NCBI GenBank assembly: GCA_024239055.1
Contig: JANBVJ010000001.1
Location: forward strand, 496,572-560,571
DNA: 64,000 nucleotides
Direction: 5' to 3'
Source: Patescibacteria group bacterium
Lineage (GTDB): Bacteria; Patescibacteriota; Minisyncoccia; Minisyncoccales; UBA10102
The stretch's first letter is position 1, and each line of letters opens with the position of its first letter. A program made the position numbers and the translations under genes. The notes under the pieces were generated by a model. It made no database searches, was not told the origin of the DNA, and saw only the letters and a list, made by a program, of their open reading frames with translations. Shown piece after piece: positions 17,323 to 25,785 of the stretch.

Positions 17323-19758
17323 ATGTTGCAATTTTCAGCAGATCGCAGAGGAGACGTTAACGAGCAGTTTTCAGAGAATGCATTAAAGATAATGAGAAAG
17401 CGTTATCTTTTAGAGCACAAAGACAAAACTCAAGAAGAGCCAGCTGATCTTTATGCCAGAGTTGCTGGTGCTGTTGCTGATGTCGAAAAGAAGTACGGCA
17501 AGGACGAAGAATTTGTAGCTAAAACTACCAAGGACTTTTTTGATATTATGGCATCCAAGGAGTTTACTCCTGCCGGACGAACGCTTACTAATGCGGGAAC
17601 CGAGACTTCCTTGATTGCAAACTGTATTGTTCTTCCAATCCACGATTCTATGGAGAGTATCTTTCAGACAATGAAAGATGCCGCTTTATTGCAGCAGGCA
17701 GGATCTGGACTTGGCTTTGACTTTTCTGAGCTGCGGCCGGCTTACTTTATTACAAAGCGCTCTCGTGGACGCTCTTCAGGTCCAGTATCATTTCTAAGGG
17801 TATATGATGCGGCTTTCGGCACCATTAAGCAGCAGGGACGACATGGGGCTAACATGGCTATGATGCGAGTAGACCATCCAGATATACTGGACTTTATTCG
17901 GTGCAAAAAACAGGAAGGTCAGATTCGTAACTTTAATATCACAGTCACAATGACAGATGAGTTTATGGAGCAACTTCAGGAGAATCCTGATCAGTTGTGG
18001 CATGGAACATTTAAAGGAGAAAAATACAAGCCTCAAAATGTATTACGTTATCCTAATGGTGCGGTAAAGGGATCAGAAGAAATAGATATTACGGTTGGGG
18101 AATTGTACAACGAGTTAGTTGAGTCTGCCTGGAATAATGGGGAACCCGGCATTGCATTTATTGATACGGTCAATAAAACGAATCCCCTGCCTGGCTTGGG
18201 TCCCGTTGCGTCTTCTAATCCGTGCGGTGAGCAGTTTCTTCATCCGTATGATAACTGCAATCTAGGTTCTATTAATTTGGAACGTTTTGTTAAAGACGGA
18301 GAGATTGACTGGGAGCGTCTGCGCTTTGTGACTGTTGCTGCAACAAGAATGCTAGATAATGTTATTGATCTTTTTGAATTTCCTATACCCCAGGTCACGG
18401 AGTTGGCTTTAAAGAATAGGAGGGTTGGTCTTGGTATAATGGGATTTGGAGACATGCTTTATCAGTTGGATATTCCATATAATTCAGTTAAAGGAGTTGA
18501 GTTAGCAGAAAAGGTAATGGGATTTATTCAGGCGGTATCTCACGAGGCATCAGAGAAATTGGGAGATGAGAAAGGATCTTTTCCAAATTATGACAAGTCA
18601 ATATTTGCAGAAAGCGGAAGGAAGCGCAGGAATGCAGCCCTTACAACCGTGGCTCCAACAGGTTCTATTTCTATGATGTTTGATGTATCCTCTGGTATTG
18701 AGCCCATCTTTGCCTTAGCCTACGTTATGCAAGATAAAGACGGCCAGCAGTATCGCTATTTTAACAGGTACTTTGAGAAGGCTTTAGATGAACTTCAACT
18801 AAGCCAAGAGGAGAAGAACGGGATTATGGAGGAGGTTATTGAAAAGGGAAGTATTCAGCATTTAGAATCTCTTCCAAAGGAACTGAGGGATGTATTTGTA
18901 GTTGCAATGGATATTTCAGGGGGGGATCATATGAAAATGCAGGCTGCCTTTCAGAGGCACGTGGATAACTCAATCTCAAAGACCATTAATTTTCCTAATT
19001 CAGCTACAAAAGAGGATATTGCCAAGAGTTTTATTTCTGCTTGGAAGCTGGGATGTAAATCATCTACCGTTTATCGAGACGGAAGCAGAGTTATTCAAGT
19101 TCTAAATATTGGAAATGGAGATAATGTAGTCTCTATTACAGAAGATCCTACAAAGCAGTTAGAAAAGACTTCAGTTCAGAATAAAACTGAGAAGATAGAA
19201 GAGAACCCAGTTGAAGAGAAAATAGAAAAGAAAGGTTCTGGAATTGTTCCCAGAGAACGCCCTGATGTCATGACTGGAAAGACGTATCGCATGAAGACAG
19301 GGTATGGGAATTTATATGTTACGGTAAACAATGACGAAAAAGGAGTTCCATTTGAGATCTTTGCAACTATTGGCAAGTCAGGAGGATTCTTTCAAGAGCA
19401 GTCAGAAGCTATATGTCGCATGGTCTCCCTATCTTTAAGATCTGGCATTGATGTAAAAGAGGTAGTGGACAACTTAAAGGGTATTCGAGGTCCTTCCCCT
19501 ATACTTACAGGTAAGGGCATGGTTCTTTCTTTGCCGGATGCCGTAGGGCAGATATTAGAAGAGCACGTTACAACAACAAGTAAGATTCAGGAAGTTATTG
19601 AACGACCCGAAAACCAGGAGGTTCTTCCCTTTGAGCAAAAAGATCAGTCCATAGCTGACTATGGTTTTATGCCAGGATGTCCTGATTGTGGCTCACCACT
19701 TGCTATGTCAGAAGGTTGCATCTCTTGTAAGTCTTGCGGCTTTAGCAGATGCGGATAA
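17323..19758 (+). CDS. nrdJ: Class II (adenosylcobalamin-dependent) ribonucleotide reductase
   Basis: 811 aa with RNR barrel motifs (NCIVLP, SNPCGEQ, TVAPTGS, KTINFP) and a C-terminal Cys-rich tail CPDCGS...CISCKSCGFSRCG. Confidence 0.9.
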   Translation: MLQFSADRRGDVNEQFSENALKIMRKRYLLEHKDKTQEEPADLYARVAGAVADVEKKYGKDEEFVAKTTKDFFDIMASKEFTPAGRTLTNAGTETSLIANCIVLPIHDSMESIFQTMKDAALLQQAGSGLGFDFSELRPAYFITKRSRGRSSGPVSFLRVYDAAFGTIKQQGRHGANMAMMRVDHPDILDFIRCKKQEGQIRNFNITVTMTDEFMEQLQENPDQLWHGTFKGEKYKPQNVLRYPNGAVKGSEEIDITVGELYNELVESAWNNGEPGIAFIDTVNKTNPLPGLGPVASSNPCGEQFLHPYDNCNLGSINLERFVKDGEIDWERLRFVTVAATRMLDNVIDLFEFPIPQVTELALKNRRVGLGIMGFGDMLYQLDIPYNSVKGVELAEKVMGFIQAVSHEASEKLGDEKGSFPNYDKSIFAESGRKRRNAALTTVAPTGSISMMFDVSSGIEPIFALAYVMQDKDGQQYRYFNRYFEKALDELQLSQEEKNGIMEEVIEKGSIQHLESLPKELRDVFVVAMDISGGDHMKMQAAFQRHVDNSISKTINFPNSATKEDIAKSFISAWKLGCKSSTVYRDGSRVIQVLNIGNGDNVVSITEDPTKQLEKTSVQNKTEKIEENPVEEKIEKKGSGIVPRERPDVMTGKTYRMKTGYGNLYVTVNNDEKGVPFEIFATIGKSGGFFQEQSEAICRMVSLSLRSGIDVKEVVDNLKGIRGPSPILTGKGMVLSLPDAVGQILEEHVTTTSKIQEVIERPENQEVLPFEQKDQSIADYGFMPGCPDCGSPLAMSEGCISCKSCGFSRCG

Positions 19759-20295
19759 ATGAAATATCTTCCACTTCTCTTTCTTCTTGTTTTTACTGTA
19801 GCTGCTATTATTTTACGCCTGATTCCCCATCCAGCTAACTTTGCTGCCATTGCAGCTTTAGCTTTGTTTACTGGAACCTACTGTGTTAAATTCTCAAAAT
19901 GGTGGCTTCTGGCTCCTCTAGCTGCTATGGTTGTATCTGATATTTTTATTGGTACGTATGACTTCAGGATAATGGCTGCGGTTTATGGCAGCTTTTTGGT
20001 TGTAGGACTAATTGGTATTGTTGTGGCAAAACACAAGCGAGTAGGGTCTATATTACTTTCTAGTGTGACAGCCTCCATACTCTTTTATCTTACAACCAAC
20101 TTTGCCGTATGGATGTTCGGCACACTTTATCCTCTTACCTTTGAGGGCTTGATGGCTTCATATGTTATGGCGCTTCCATTCTTTCGTAATACCTTTCTCG
20201 GAGATTTATTTTACGTAAGTGTGTTCTTTGGAGTATATGAGTTTGCTGTGGCCGTACTACCTTCGTTGAAATCTATAAAAGTAAGAACAATATAA
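19759..20295 (+). CDS. Polytopic membrane protein (DUF6580-like putative transporter component)
   Basis: 178 aa with about 5 TM helices and N-terminal RLIPHPANFAAIAALALFTG. The ATG directly abuts the nrdJ stop. Confidence 0.4.
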   Translation: MKYLPLLFLLVFTVAAIILRLIPHPANFAAIAALALFTGTYCVKFSKWWLLAPLAAMVVSDIFIGTYDFRIMAAVYGSFLVVGLIGIVVAKHKRVGSILLSSVTASILFYLTTNFAVWMFGTLYPLTFEGLMASYVMALPFFRNTFLGDLFYVSVFFGVYEFAVAVLPSLKSIKVRTI

Positions 20296-20300
20296 CAAAA

Positions 20301-20328
20301 CCCCCTTATGCGGGGGAATTTTGTTTTT
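20301..20328 (+). terminator. Rho-independent terminator after the nrdJ operon
   Basis: CCCCC-TTATGC-GGGGG followed by AATTTTGTTTTT. Confidence 0.65.
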
Positions 20329-20330
20329 GG

Positions 20331-20401
20331 AGCGAGTGAAGGGAATCGAACCCTCGTACTCTGATTGGCAACCAGATGCACTACCACTGTGCTACACTCG
20401 C
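20331..20401 (-). tRNA. tRNA-Gly (anticodon GCC)
   Basis: Minus-strand acceptor GCGAGTG/CACTCGC and anticodon arm TCTGG-TTGCCAA-TCAGA. Confidence 0.9.
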
Positions 20402-20426
20402 GGCTACACTCGCGATGTTCTCTTTG

Positions 20427-20498
20427 TGCCACGGGGGTGAATTGAACACCCGACTCGAGGCTCTTCAAGCCCCAGCTCTACCACTGAGCTACCGTGGC
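20427..20498 (-). tRNA. tRNA-Phe (anticodon GAA)
   Basis: Minus-strand acceptor GCCACGG/CCGTGGC and anticodon arm GGGGC-TTGAAGA-GCCTC. Confidence 0.9.
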
Positions 20499-20499
20499 A

Positions 20500-20575
20500 T
20501 GGTGGGCGGTATAGGATTCAAACCTATGGCCTCCTCGGTGTAAACGAGGCGCTCTATCAGCTGAGCTAACCGCCC
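20500..20575 (-). tRNA. tRNA-Val (anticodon TAC), CCA encoded
   Basis: Minus-strand acceptor GGGCGGT/ACCGCCC and anticodon arm CCTCG-TTTACAC-CGAGG. Confidence 0.9.
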
Positions 20576-20586
20576 TTGTTTCTATG

Positions 20587-20669
20587 TGCGGACGAGAGGA
20601 TTCGAACCTCCACGGGAATAATCCCACTGGCCCCTCAAGCCAGCGCGTCTACCATTCCGCCACGTCCGC
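20587..20669 (-). tRNA. tRNA-Leu (anticodon GAG)
   Basis: Minus-strand acceptor GCGGACG/CGTCCGC, a long variable arm and anticodon arm CTGGC-TTGAGGG-GCCAG. Confidence 0.9.
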
Positions 20670-20677
20670 AAATATTG

Positions 20678-21181
20678 TTAAGCCTCTTTCTTCTCTTCTT
20701 TTTTAGGAGTTTCCTCTTTCTTTTCTGCTTCTACTGGCTTTTCTTCAGTAGTGGTTTCTTCTTTCTGTTCTGGTTCTTTTTGAGGCGTTTCTTCTGGAGC
20801 TTTCTCTTCCTCTGGCTCCTCGAATACCAGACCTACGGATTCCGCTTTTAGTCGTGCCTTTCTACCCTTTGCATTTCTTAGATAGTAGAGCTTGGCTCTT
20901 CTTACCTTAGCTCTGTTGATTACCTCTATTTTTTCAAGCACGGGTGAGTGAAGGGGAAATGTTCTCTCTACTCCATACCCTTTGCTTACTCTTCTTACAG
21001 TGATAGTTGCTGTAGGCCCTGAGCCATGTTTGTGGGCCAGGACTACTCCTTCAAAGACCTGGATTCGTTCCCTATCGCCTTCTTTAATCTTTTGGTGTAC
21101 ACGAACTGTATCTCCGGGTCTAATATCTGGGGTTGTTTTTTTCACCTGTGTTTTTTCAAATGTAGCTAACTTTTCGTTCAT
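20678..21181 (-). CDS. rplS: Ribosomal protein L19 with a K/E-rich C-terminal extension
   Basis: L19 core ([27 protein letters not shown]...RRAKLYYLR) followed by a tail of about 55 aa rich in E, K, P and T. Confidence 0.9.
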   Translation of the reverse strand: MNEKLATFEKTQVKKTTPDIRPGDTVRVHQKIKEGDRERIQVFEGVVLAHKHGSGPTATITVRRVSKGYGVERTFPLHSPVLEKIEVINRAKVRRAKLYYLRNAKGRKARLKAESVGLVFEEPEEEKAPEETPQKEPEQKEETTTEEKPVEAEKKEETPKKEEKKEA

Positions 21182-21852
21182 GATAATTTCTTGAGTATTT
21201 CATTCAGATCTTTTGGAAGCTCAGAAGTGAATTCTTCTATGGTGTCGTTTGGAAACGGAATTCTCAGAGAAGAGGCATGAAGGAAGTGCCTGTTTAATCC
21301 TTCTGGCGTAGGCTGTCCTTTAAAGCCGTACATCTTGTCTCCTGCGAGTGGGTGACCAATAGAAGCTAAATGTACTCGTATCTGATGCTTCCTTCCTGTT
21401 TTAGGTTTTACCTCCAATAGAGTGTAATCTTCAAACCTTTGGAGTACGCGATACGCAGTTTCAGCTTCTCGCTTCCCTTTGGCTTTGGGATCTGCTGGAA
21501 GAAATACCTTTTGTTTTCTTCTGTCAGAGGGAGCTCTCCCCAAGAGGGTTGTGATGCTTCCCTCCTCCTGTTTCACTTTGCCCACCACAAGACAGATGTA
21601 GGTTTTCTCAACCTTTCTCTGCTTGAACTGTTCTTGAAAGAACTTAAATGACTCTGGTGTTTTAGCAACCAGCAAGAGTCCTGACGTATCTTTATCCAGA
21701 CGATGGACAATACCATATCTCATTTCCTCTCCCAGCTCCTTTTGTTCAGGAATCTGGTTAATTAGCAGATTTGGTATATCAGATACAGACAGAGCAGCTG
21801 GTTTATCCAACACGAGCACTATATCATTCTTTGAGAGTATTTTCAATAGCAT
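21178..21852 (-). CDS. RluA-family pseudouridine synthase (no S4 domain)
   Basis: Catalytic motif [15 protein letters not shown], plus YICLV and HQIRVHL motifs. Confidence 0.85.
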   Translation of the reverse strand: MLLKILSKNDIVLVLDKPAALSVSDIPNLLINQIPEQKELGEEMRYGIVHRLDKDTSGLLLVAKTPESFKFFQEQFKQRKVEKTYICLVVGKVKQEEGSITTLLGRAPSDRRKQKVFLPADPKAKGKREAETAYRVLQRFEDYTLLEVKPKTGRKHQIRVHLASIGHPLAGDKMYGFKGQPTPEGLNRHFLHASSLRIPFPNDTIEEFTSELPKDLNEILKKLS

Positions 21853-21856
21853 TTTG

Positions 21857-21929
21857 TGGGCAATACAGGACTTGAACCTGTGACCTCCTCAATGTCAATG
21901 AGACGCTCTAGCCAGCTGAGCTAATTGCC
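21857..21929 (-). tRNA. tRNA-Val (anticodon GAC)
   Basis: Minus-strand acceptor GGGCAAT/ATTGCCC and anticodon arm TCTCA-TTGACAT-TGAGG. Confidence 0.9.
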
Positions 21930-22006
21930 CTGGTGGGCCAGGCAGGATTCGAACCTGCAAACCGGCAAGATATAAGCTTGCTGCTCTACCATTGAGCTAC
22001 TGGCCC
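21930..22006 (-). tRNA. tRNA-Ile (anticodon TAT), CCA encoded
   Basis: Minus-strand acceptor GGGCCAG/CTGGCCC, A73 and a perfect anticodon stem GCAAG/CTTGC around loop CTTATAT, giving anticodon UAU. Confidence 0.85.
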
Positions 22007-23826
22007 CTTTTCTTCCCTATAAGCTTCTCAAATTCCTCTTGTTCTAGGGTTTCCTTTTTTATAAGGGTTTTTGCTATTTTAGCAAGGGTTGTGCGTCTTT
22101 TTCTAAGAATATCCTCTGCTTTCTTAAGAGAAGATTCCAAGAGATTTTTTACTTCTTTGTCTATTTCGTTGGCAACTTCGTCAGAATAGTTGCGATATTC
22201 TCTTGCGTCTCTTCCCAAGAATATCATCTCTTCTTTCTCTCCAAAGGTAACAGGCCCGAGTTTTTCTGACATCCCGTATGTCTTTATCAGGGCTCTGGCA
22301 ACCTCAGATGCTTTTTGAAGGTCGTCTGAGGGACCCGTGGTAATGTCTTTAAAGATGAGACGTTCTGCAGCATATCCTCCCATGAGAACCGTAAGCTCGT
22401 CTAAGAAATCTGCTTTTGATCTAAGGTGCTTGTCTTCTGTCGGAAGTTTTAAGGTGTATCCTCCGGTATTGCCGCGAGAGATAATAGATACCTTTCTTAT
22501 TGGGTCGGCACCAGGTAGGGAGGCGGCCACTAAAGCATGTCCTCCTTCGTGGTAGGCTGTTATCTCCTTTTCTTTTTTAGAAAGTATGTGGCTCTTTCTT
22601 TCAGGTCCGAGTAATACCTTATCTATGGATTCTAAGATATCTGCCTGAGAAATTTGTTTTTTATTGCGACGTGCAGCAAGAATTGCAGATTCATTCACAA
22701 GATTAGCTAAATCAGCTCCTGAAAATCCTGGAGTTCGTTCTGCAACTTCTCGGAAATTGACGGCAGAGGAAGGGACTATTCGTGCATGAATTTTGAGAAT
22801 TGCTTCTCTGTCATTTATATCTGGGAGGTCCAATATAATCCTTCTATCAAATCTTCCAGGACGCAGGAGAGCTGAATCTAATACATCAGGACGGTTGGTA
22901 GCAGCCATCACAATTCTTGTGTCATCTCTCTCAAAACCATCCATCTCAACTAAGATTTGGTTTAAGGTTTGTTCTCTTTCATCATGCCCTCCTCCGTATC
23001 CTGCTCCACGCGTGCGTCCAATGGCGTCTAATTCATCAATAAAGATGATACTCCTGCCTGCTTTTTTGGCGGTTCCGAAGAGATCTCGTACACGGGATGA
23101 ACCTACCCCTACAAACATCTCAATGAATTCAGAACCCGAAGCCGAAAAGAAAGGAACCCCGGCTTCCGCCGCCACAGCTCTTGCGAGTAAAGTCTTTCCT
23201 GTGCCCGGAGGTCCAACCAGTAATACTCCCCTTGGAATTTTAGCTCCAATAGCTAAGTATTTCTTTGGATGTTTCAAGAAGTCTACTACTTCTTCCAATT
23301 CTTGTTTTGCTTCTTTAAGTCCCGCTACGTCTTTAAAGGTAATGCGTTCCTTGTCCTGTCCATCAGCTCCAAAGAGCCTTGCTTTGGCTTTCGTAAAGTC
23401 AAAGGCTTGAGAGACTCCAGCTTTGGCTTGTCTGAACATGAAGAAAAAGAAGAGTCCGAATAAAAGCAGAGGGATAAGAATGTAAGACAGTGGAAGCAGA
23501 AGAGCTGCTAGACCAGAAGGGTTTTTTTGCTCAATAATAAGAGAGGAGAGTTTTTCTGGTACAACCCCAAGATTTAAGAGAGTTTCAGATAGAGCCGCTC
23601 CCTGTTCCTTTTGTGATTCAGCTTTCCCTCCGTCTGTATATACAACAAGTAGTTTTTCACCCTCTATTGTTACTCTTTCTATCTTTTCTGAATTAATATC
23701 CTGTACTAATTCAGATAGTGATATCTCATTTTTCTCCTCAAAGGGATTTGCAAATAGCGCAAAAGCCAAAGAGATTCCAATGAGAATCAGAATAATGACA
23801 ATAAAGTTCTTTGATAGAGATTTCAT
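21997..23826 (-). CDS. ftsH: ATP-dependent zinc metalloprotease FtsH
   Basis: N-terminal TM helices, AAA+ Walker [12 protein letters not shown], Walker [12 protein letters not shown] and the Zn motif HEGGHAL. Confidence 0.95.
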   Translation of the reverse strand: MKSLSKNFIVIILILIGISLAFALFANPFEEKNEISLSELVQDINSEKIERVTIEGEKLLVVYTDGGKAESQKEQGAALSETLLNLGVVPEKLSSLIIEQKNPSGLAALLLPLSYILIPLLLFGLFFFFMFRQAKAGVSQAFDFTKAKARLFGADGQDKERITFKDVAGLKEAKQELEEVVDFLKHPKKYLAIGAKIPRGVLLVGPPGTGKTLLARAVAAEAGVPFFSASGSEFIEMFVGVGSSRVRDLFGTAKKAGRSIIFIDELDAIGRTRGAGYGGGHDEREQTLNQILVEMDGFERDDTRIVMAATNRPDVLDSALLRPGRFDRRIILDLPDINDREAILKIHARIVPSSAVNFREVAERTPGFSGADLANLVNESAILAARRNKKQISQADILESIDKVLLGPERKSHILSKKEKEITAYHEGGHALVAASLPGADPIRKVSIISRGNTGGYTLKLPTEDKHLRSKADFLDELTVLMGGYAAERLIFKDITTGPSDDLQKASEVARALIKTYGMSEKLGPVTFGEKEEMIFLGRDAREYRNYSDEVANEIDKEVKNLLESSLKKAEDILRKRRTTLAKIAKTLIKKETLEQEEFEKLIGKKRGQ

Positions 23827-23922
23827 GACGGATATATTGTAGCATAATTTAGGGGAAATTCAAGGAAAAAAAGTGCCCCCATGCCTACTTTTGATAGTAG
23901 AACACGGGGGCGGATCCTTTTG

Positions 23923-24981
23923 TTAGGATCTTGCTACTGCTTTTTTGTTTCCTCCATTCCCATTCCGATGAGCCTGACTTCGTATGGCACGGCATCGGAT
24001 AAGTCCAAGGTCGTACAATGGACAGAGGTCTTGCGGTGTTGAAGAGCATTGTCCCGTTTCACAAGTCTGTTGCCGTGTGGGTTCGTAGGTTCTCTCCAAT
24101 CCCAGTTCAATTGCCGAGAGGATTTCATCGAGCGAGAGTCTGGTTGGCGGAATATCCGGTCTGGATTTGCTGCCATTCATGACGTTGTTGGAATCTCGAT
24201 GGAAGAACCACTCGGTTACCTCGTCACATTCCTGATCTTCCAGGTAACGCCATTGTGGCAGGTCTTTGCTTTCTATTCCTTTCTTTCCGGCTTCCTTGAT
24301 TCGCAGGATGCGAACGATATCCCGCATATCAAGGGCAAACGAGTTGGTAGCGAGTATTTGGGTGTGATCATCTGGATGCCTAATCACTACGATAGCCGCA
24401 CCCTCATACCTTGCCATTCTGACGGTTGCGTCTTGCGGTTTCCGGATTACCGCAATCCAGCTTTCTCCTCCCCAGAGGTTGAACTCATGGCGTTCAATGT
24501 CCATGAGGTTTACCTGAAAGAACTCCTTTTGCTCCATCCACGCCGCTCGGATATCGTCTTCCGCGTGTTGGACTACTTCTGAGAGCGCCCAGTGCTTCTG
24601 TAGAAGCATTACGGTTCTCGAAAGATGAAGCGCAAGATTTGGAGGGTTCTTGTCGGTGTGAAGGACATCGTTTAGTATGCGGCTCCACCTGGGATCATTG
24701 TCCAACCCCAAATGCTTTGCGACAAGTGTCGCACAGCACTCTTTCGAGCGCTGTTCTTCAGGCAGTCCGTGTTCGTCGAAGAGTCCTCTCCCTACTCCCA
24801 GTAGAATGACATCCTTCCGTTTTGTCAGTTTCTCTACAGACTCGCCTTTCGCTAGGGTACGGAATTCGGCGTCCATAACACCTGGGAATTCATCCTCTCC
24901 ATGTCTCCAGAGTAAAATGGCTCCCAGAATTTCATCAAGGTGTGCGGGGCTTCCGTGAGTGACGATTTCTTTAATCATCAA
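23923..24981 (-). CDS. Hypothetical protein in a higher-GC patch, possibly a MYG1/UPF0160-like metal-dependent hydrolase
   Basis: 352-aa ORF with an AGGAGAGG SD; the ATG at 24978 is the likely start. N-terminal THGSPAHLDEILGAILL resembles the MYG1-family THxGxFHxDE motif. There are no other recognisable motifs. Confidence 0.35.
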   Translation of the reverse strand: MMIKEIVTHGSPAHLDEILGAILLWRHGEDEFPGVMDAEFRTLAKGESVEKLTKRKDVILLGVGRGLFDEHGLPEEQRSKECCATLVAKHLGLDNDPRWSRILNDVLHTDKNPPNLALHLSRTVMLLQKHWALSEVVQHAEDDIRAAWMEQKEFFQVNLMDIERHEFNLWGGESWIAVIRKPQDATVRMARYEGAAIVVIRHPDDHTQILATNSFALDMRDIVRILRIKEAGKKGIESKDLPQWRYLEDQECDEVTEWFFHRDSNNVMNGSKSRPDIPPTRLSLDEILSAIELGLERTYEPTRQQTCETGQCSSTPQDLCPLYDLGLIRCRAIRSQAHRNGNGGNKKAVARS

Positions 24982-25080
24982 CCTCTCCTATTGTGATTGT
25001 GCGCAGACAACATGTCTGTGTGCTAACTTATATTATACATTTTAATCTTCTATTTGTCAATGCTTCTTCCCTCTTAAATA

Positions 25081-25785
25081 ATGAGGTATAGTTATGATAT
25101 GAAGTACATTATTGTATTACTTTTACTCTTTCCTATATTTGTTTCAGCTCAACCTATTATTAATGAGATTGCCTGGATGGGTTCTTTGGTGGAAGGCGTG
25201 GATTCGGGACAGGAGTGGAGGTACGAATGGATTGAGTTGTTTAATGAGGGAGATACGATTGTATTAGATGGTTGGTCAATTGAGCTCTACCGTGATAAGT
25301 TAGATTTTTCTATTCCGCTTTCCGGTATTCTGTATTCTGGTGAATATTTGGTTTTTGGTGCATCAGATAAAATTACAGGAGTAGATGTTTCTTATAGTAA
25401 CCTTGGGGGAAAGTTTATGAATGGAGGGCAGAGAGTTGTCTTGCGTAATAGCAGTGGGATTGTTGAGGAATTGAATGCAAGAGATGGATGGTTTGCTGGA
25501 AGCAACAGAGATAAAAAGACCATGGAGCGCAAGGATTCTCTGAGGGACGCAGGAGATACTGGAAACTGGGGAACCTCTTTGTTAGTTGGCGGGACGCCAG
25601 GCTTTGAGAATACTTTGTATGGAACATATGGCAGAGAGGTATCTTTGAGTTTTGGAGAATCCAAAAAAGACCTTAGTAGGTCTTCTTCTATTAATCTTCC
25701 TTTGTATGCTGCAGCTTCTCTTACCGCTCTGGGTTCTGTTCTGACGGCGCTGTTTCTACGACGTCGTCTGCGCTTTCCGTGGTAA
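25081..25785 (+). CDS. Secreted lamin-tail-domain (LTD) protein with a C-terminal TM anchor
   Basis: Signal peptide (alternative start at 25099, MKYIIVLLLLFPIFVSAQ), LTD motifs PIINEIAWMG...EWIELFN...LDGWSIE, and a C-terminal hydrophobic helix plus RRRLR. Confidence 0.65.
   Translation: MRYSYDMKYIIVLLLLFPIFVSAQPIINEIAWMGSLVEGVDSGQEWRYEWIELFNEGDTIVLDGWSIELYRDKLDFSIPLSGILYSGEYLVFGASDKITGVDVSYSNLGGKFMNGGQRVVLRNSSGIVEELNARDGWFAGSNRDKKTMERKDSLRDAGDTGNWGTSLLVGGTPGFENTLYGTYGREVSLSFGESKKDLSRSSSINLPLYAAASLTALGSVLTALFLRRRLRFPW

Noticed and set aside
20576-20851. Listed 91-aa F/L-rich ORF on the plus strand
   Set aside because: It overlaps tRNA-Leu(GAG) and is the antisense of the low-complexity K/E tail of L19.
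22793-23410. Listed 205-aa plus-strand ORF, along with 21992..22189, 22337..22555 and 23269..23463
   Set aside because: All are antisense to the strongly supported ftsH gene.
24049-24582. Listed 177-aa plus-strand ORF, along with 24677..24958
   Set aside because: They are antisense to the longer 352-aa minus-strand ORF, which has an SD and a recognisable N-terminal motif. Higher GC inflates spurious ORF length here.
25721-25785. 65-bp convergent overlap between the LTD protein and rpsA as a possible regulatory feature
   Set aside because: It is probably just the 3' ends of two real genes overlapping in a compact genome. There is no extra structure in the overlap.
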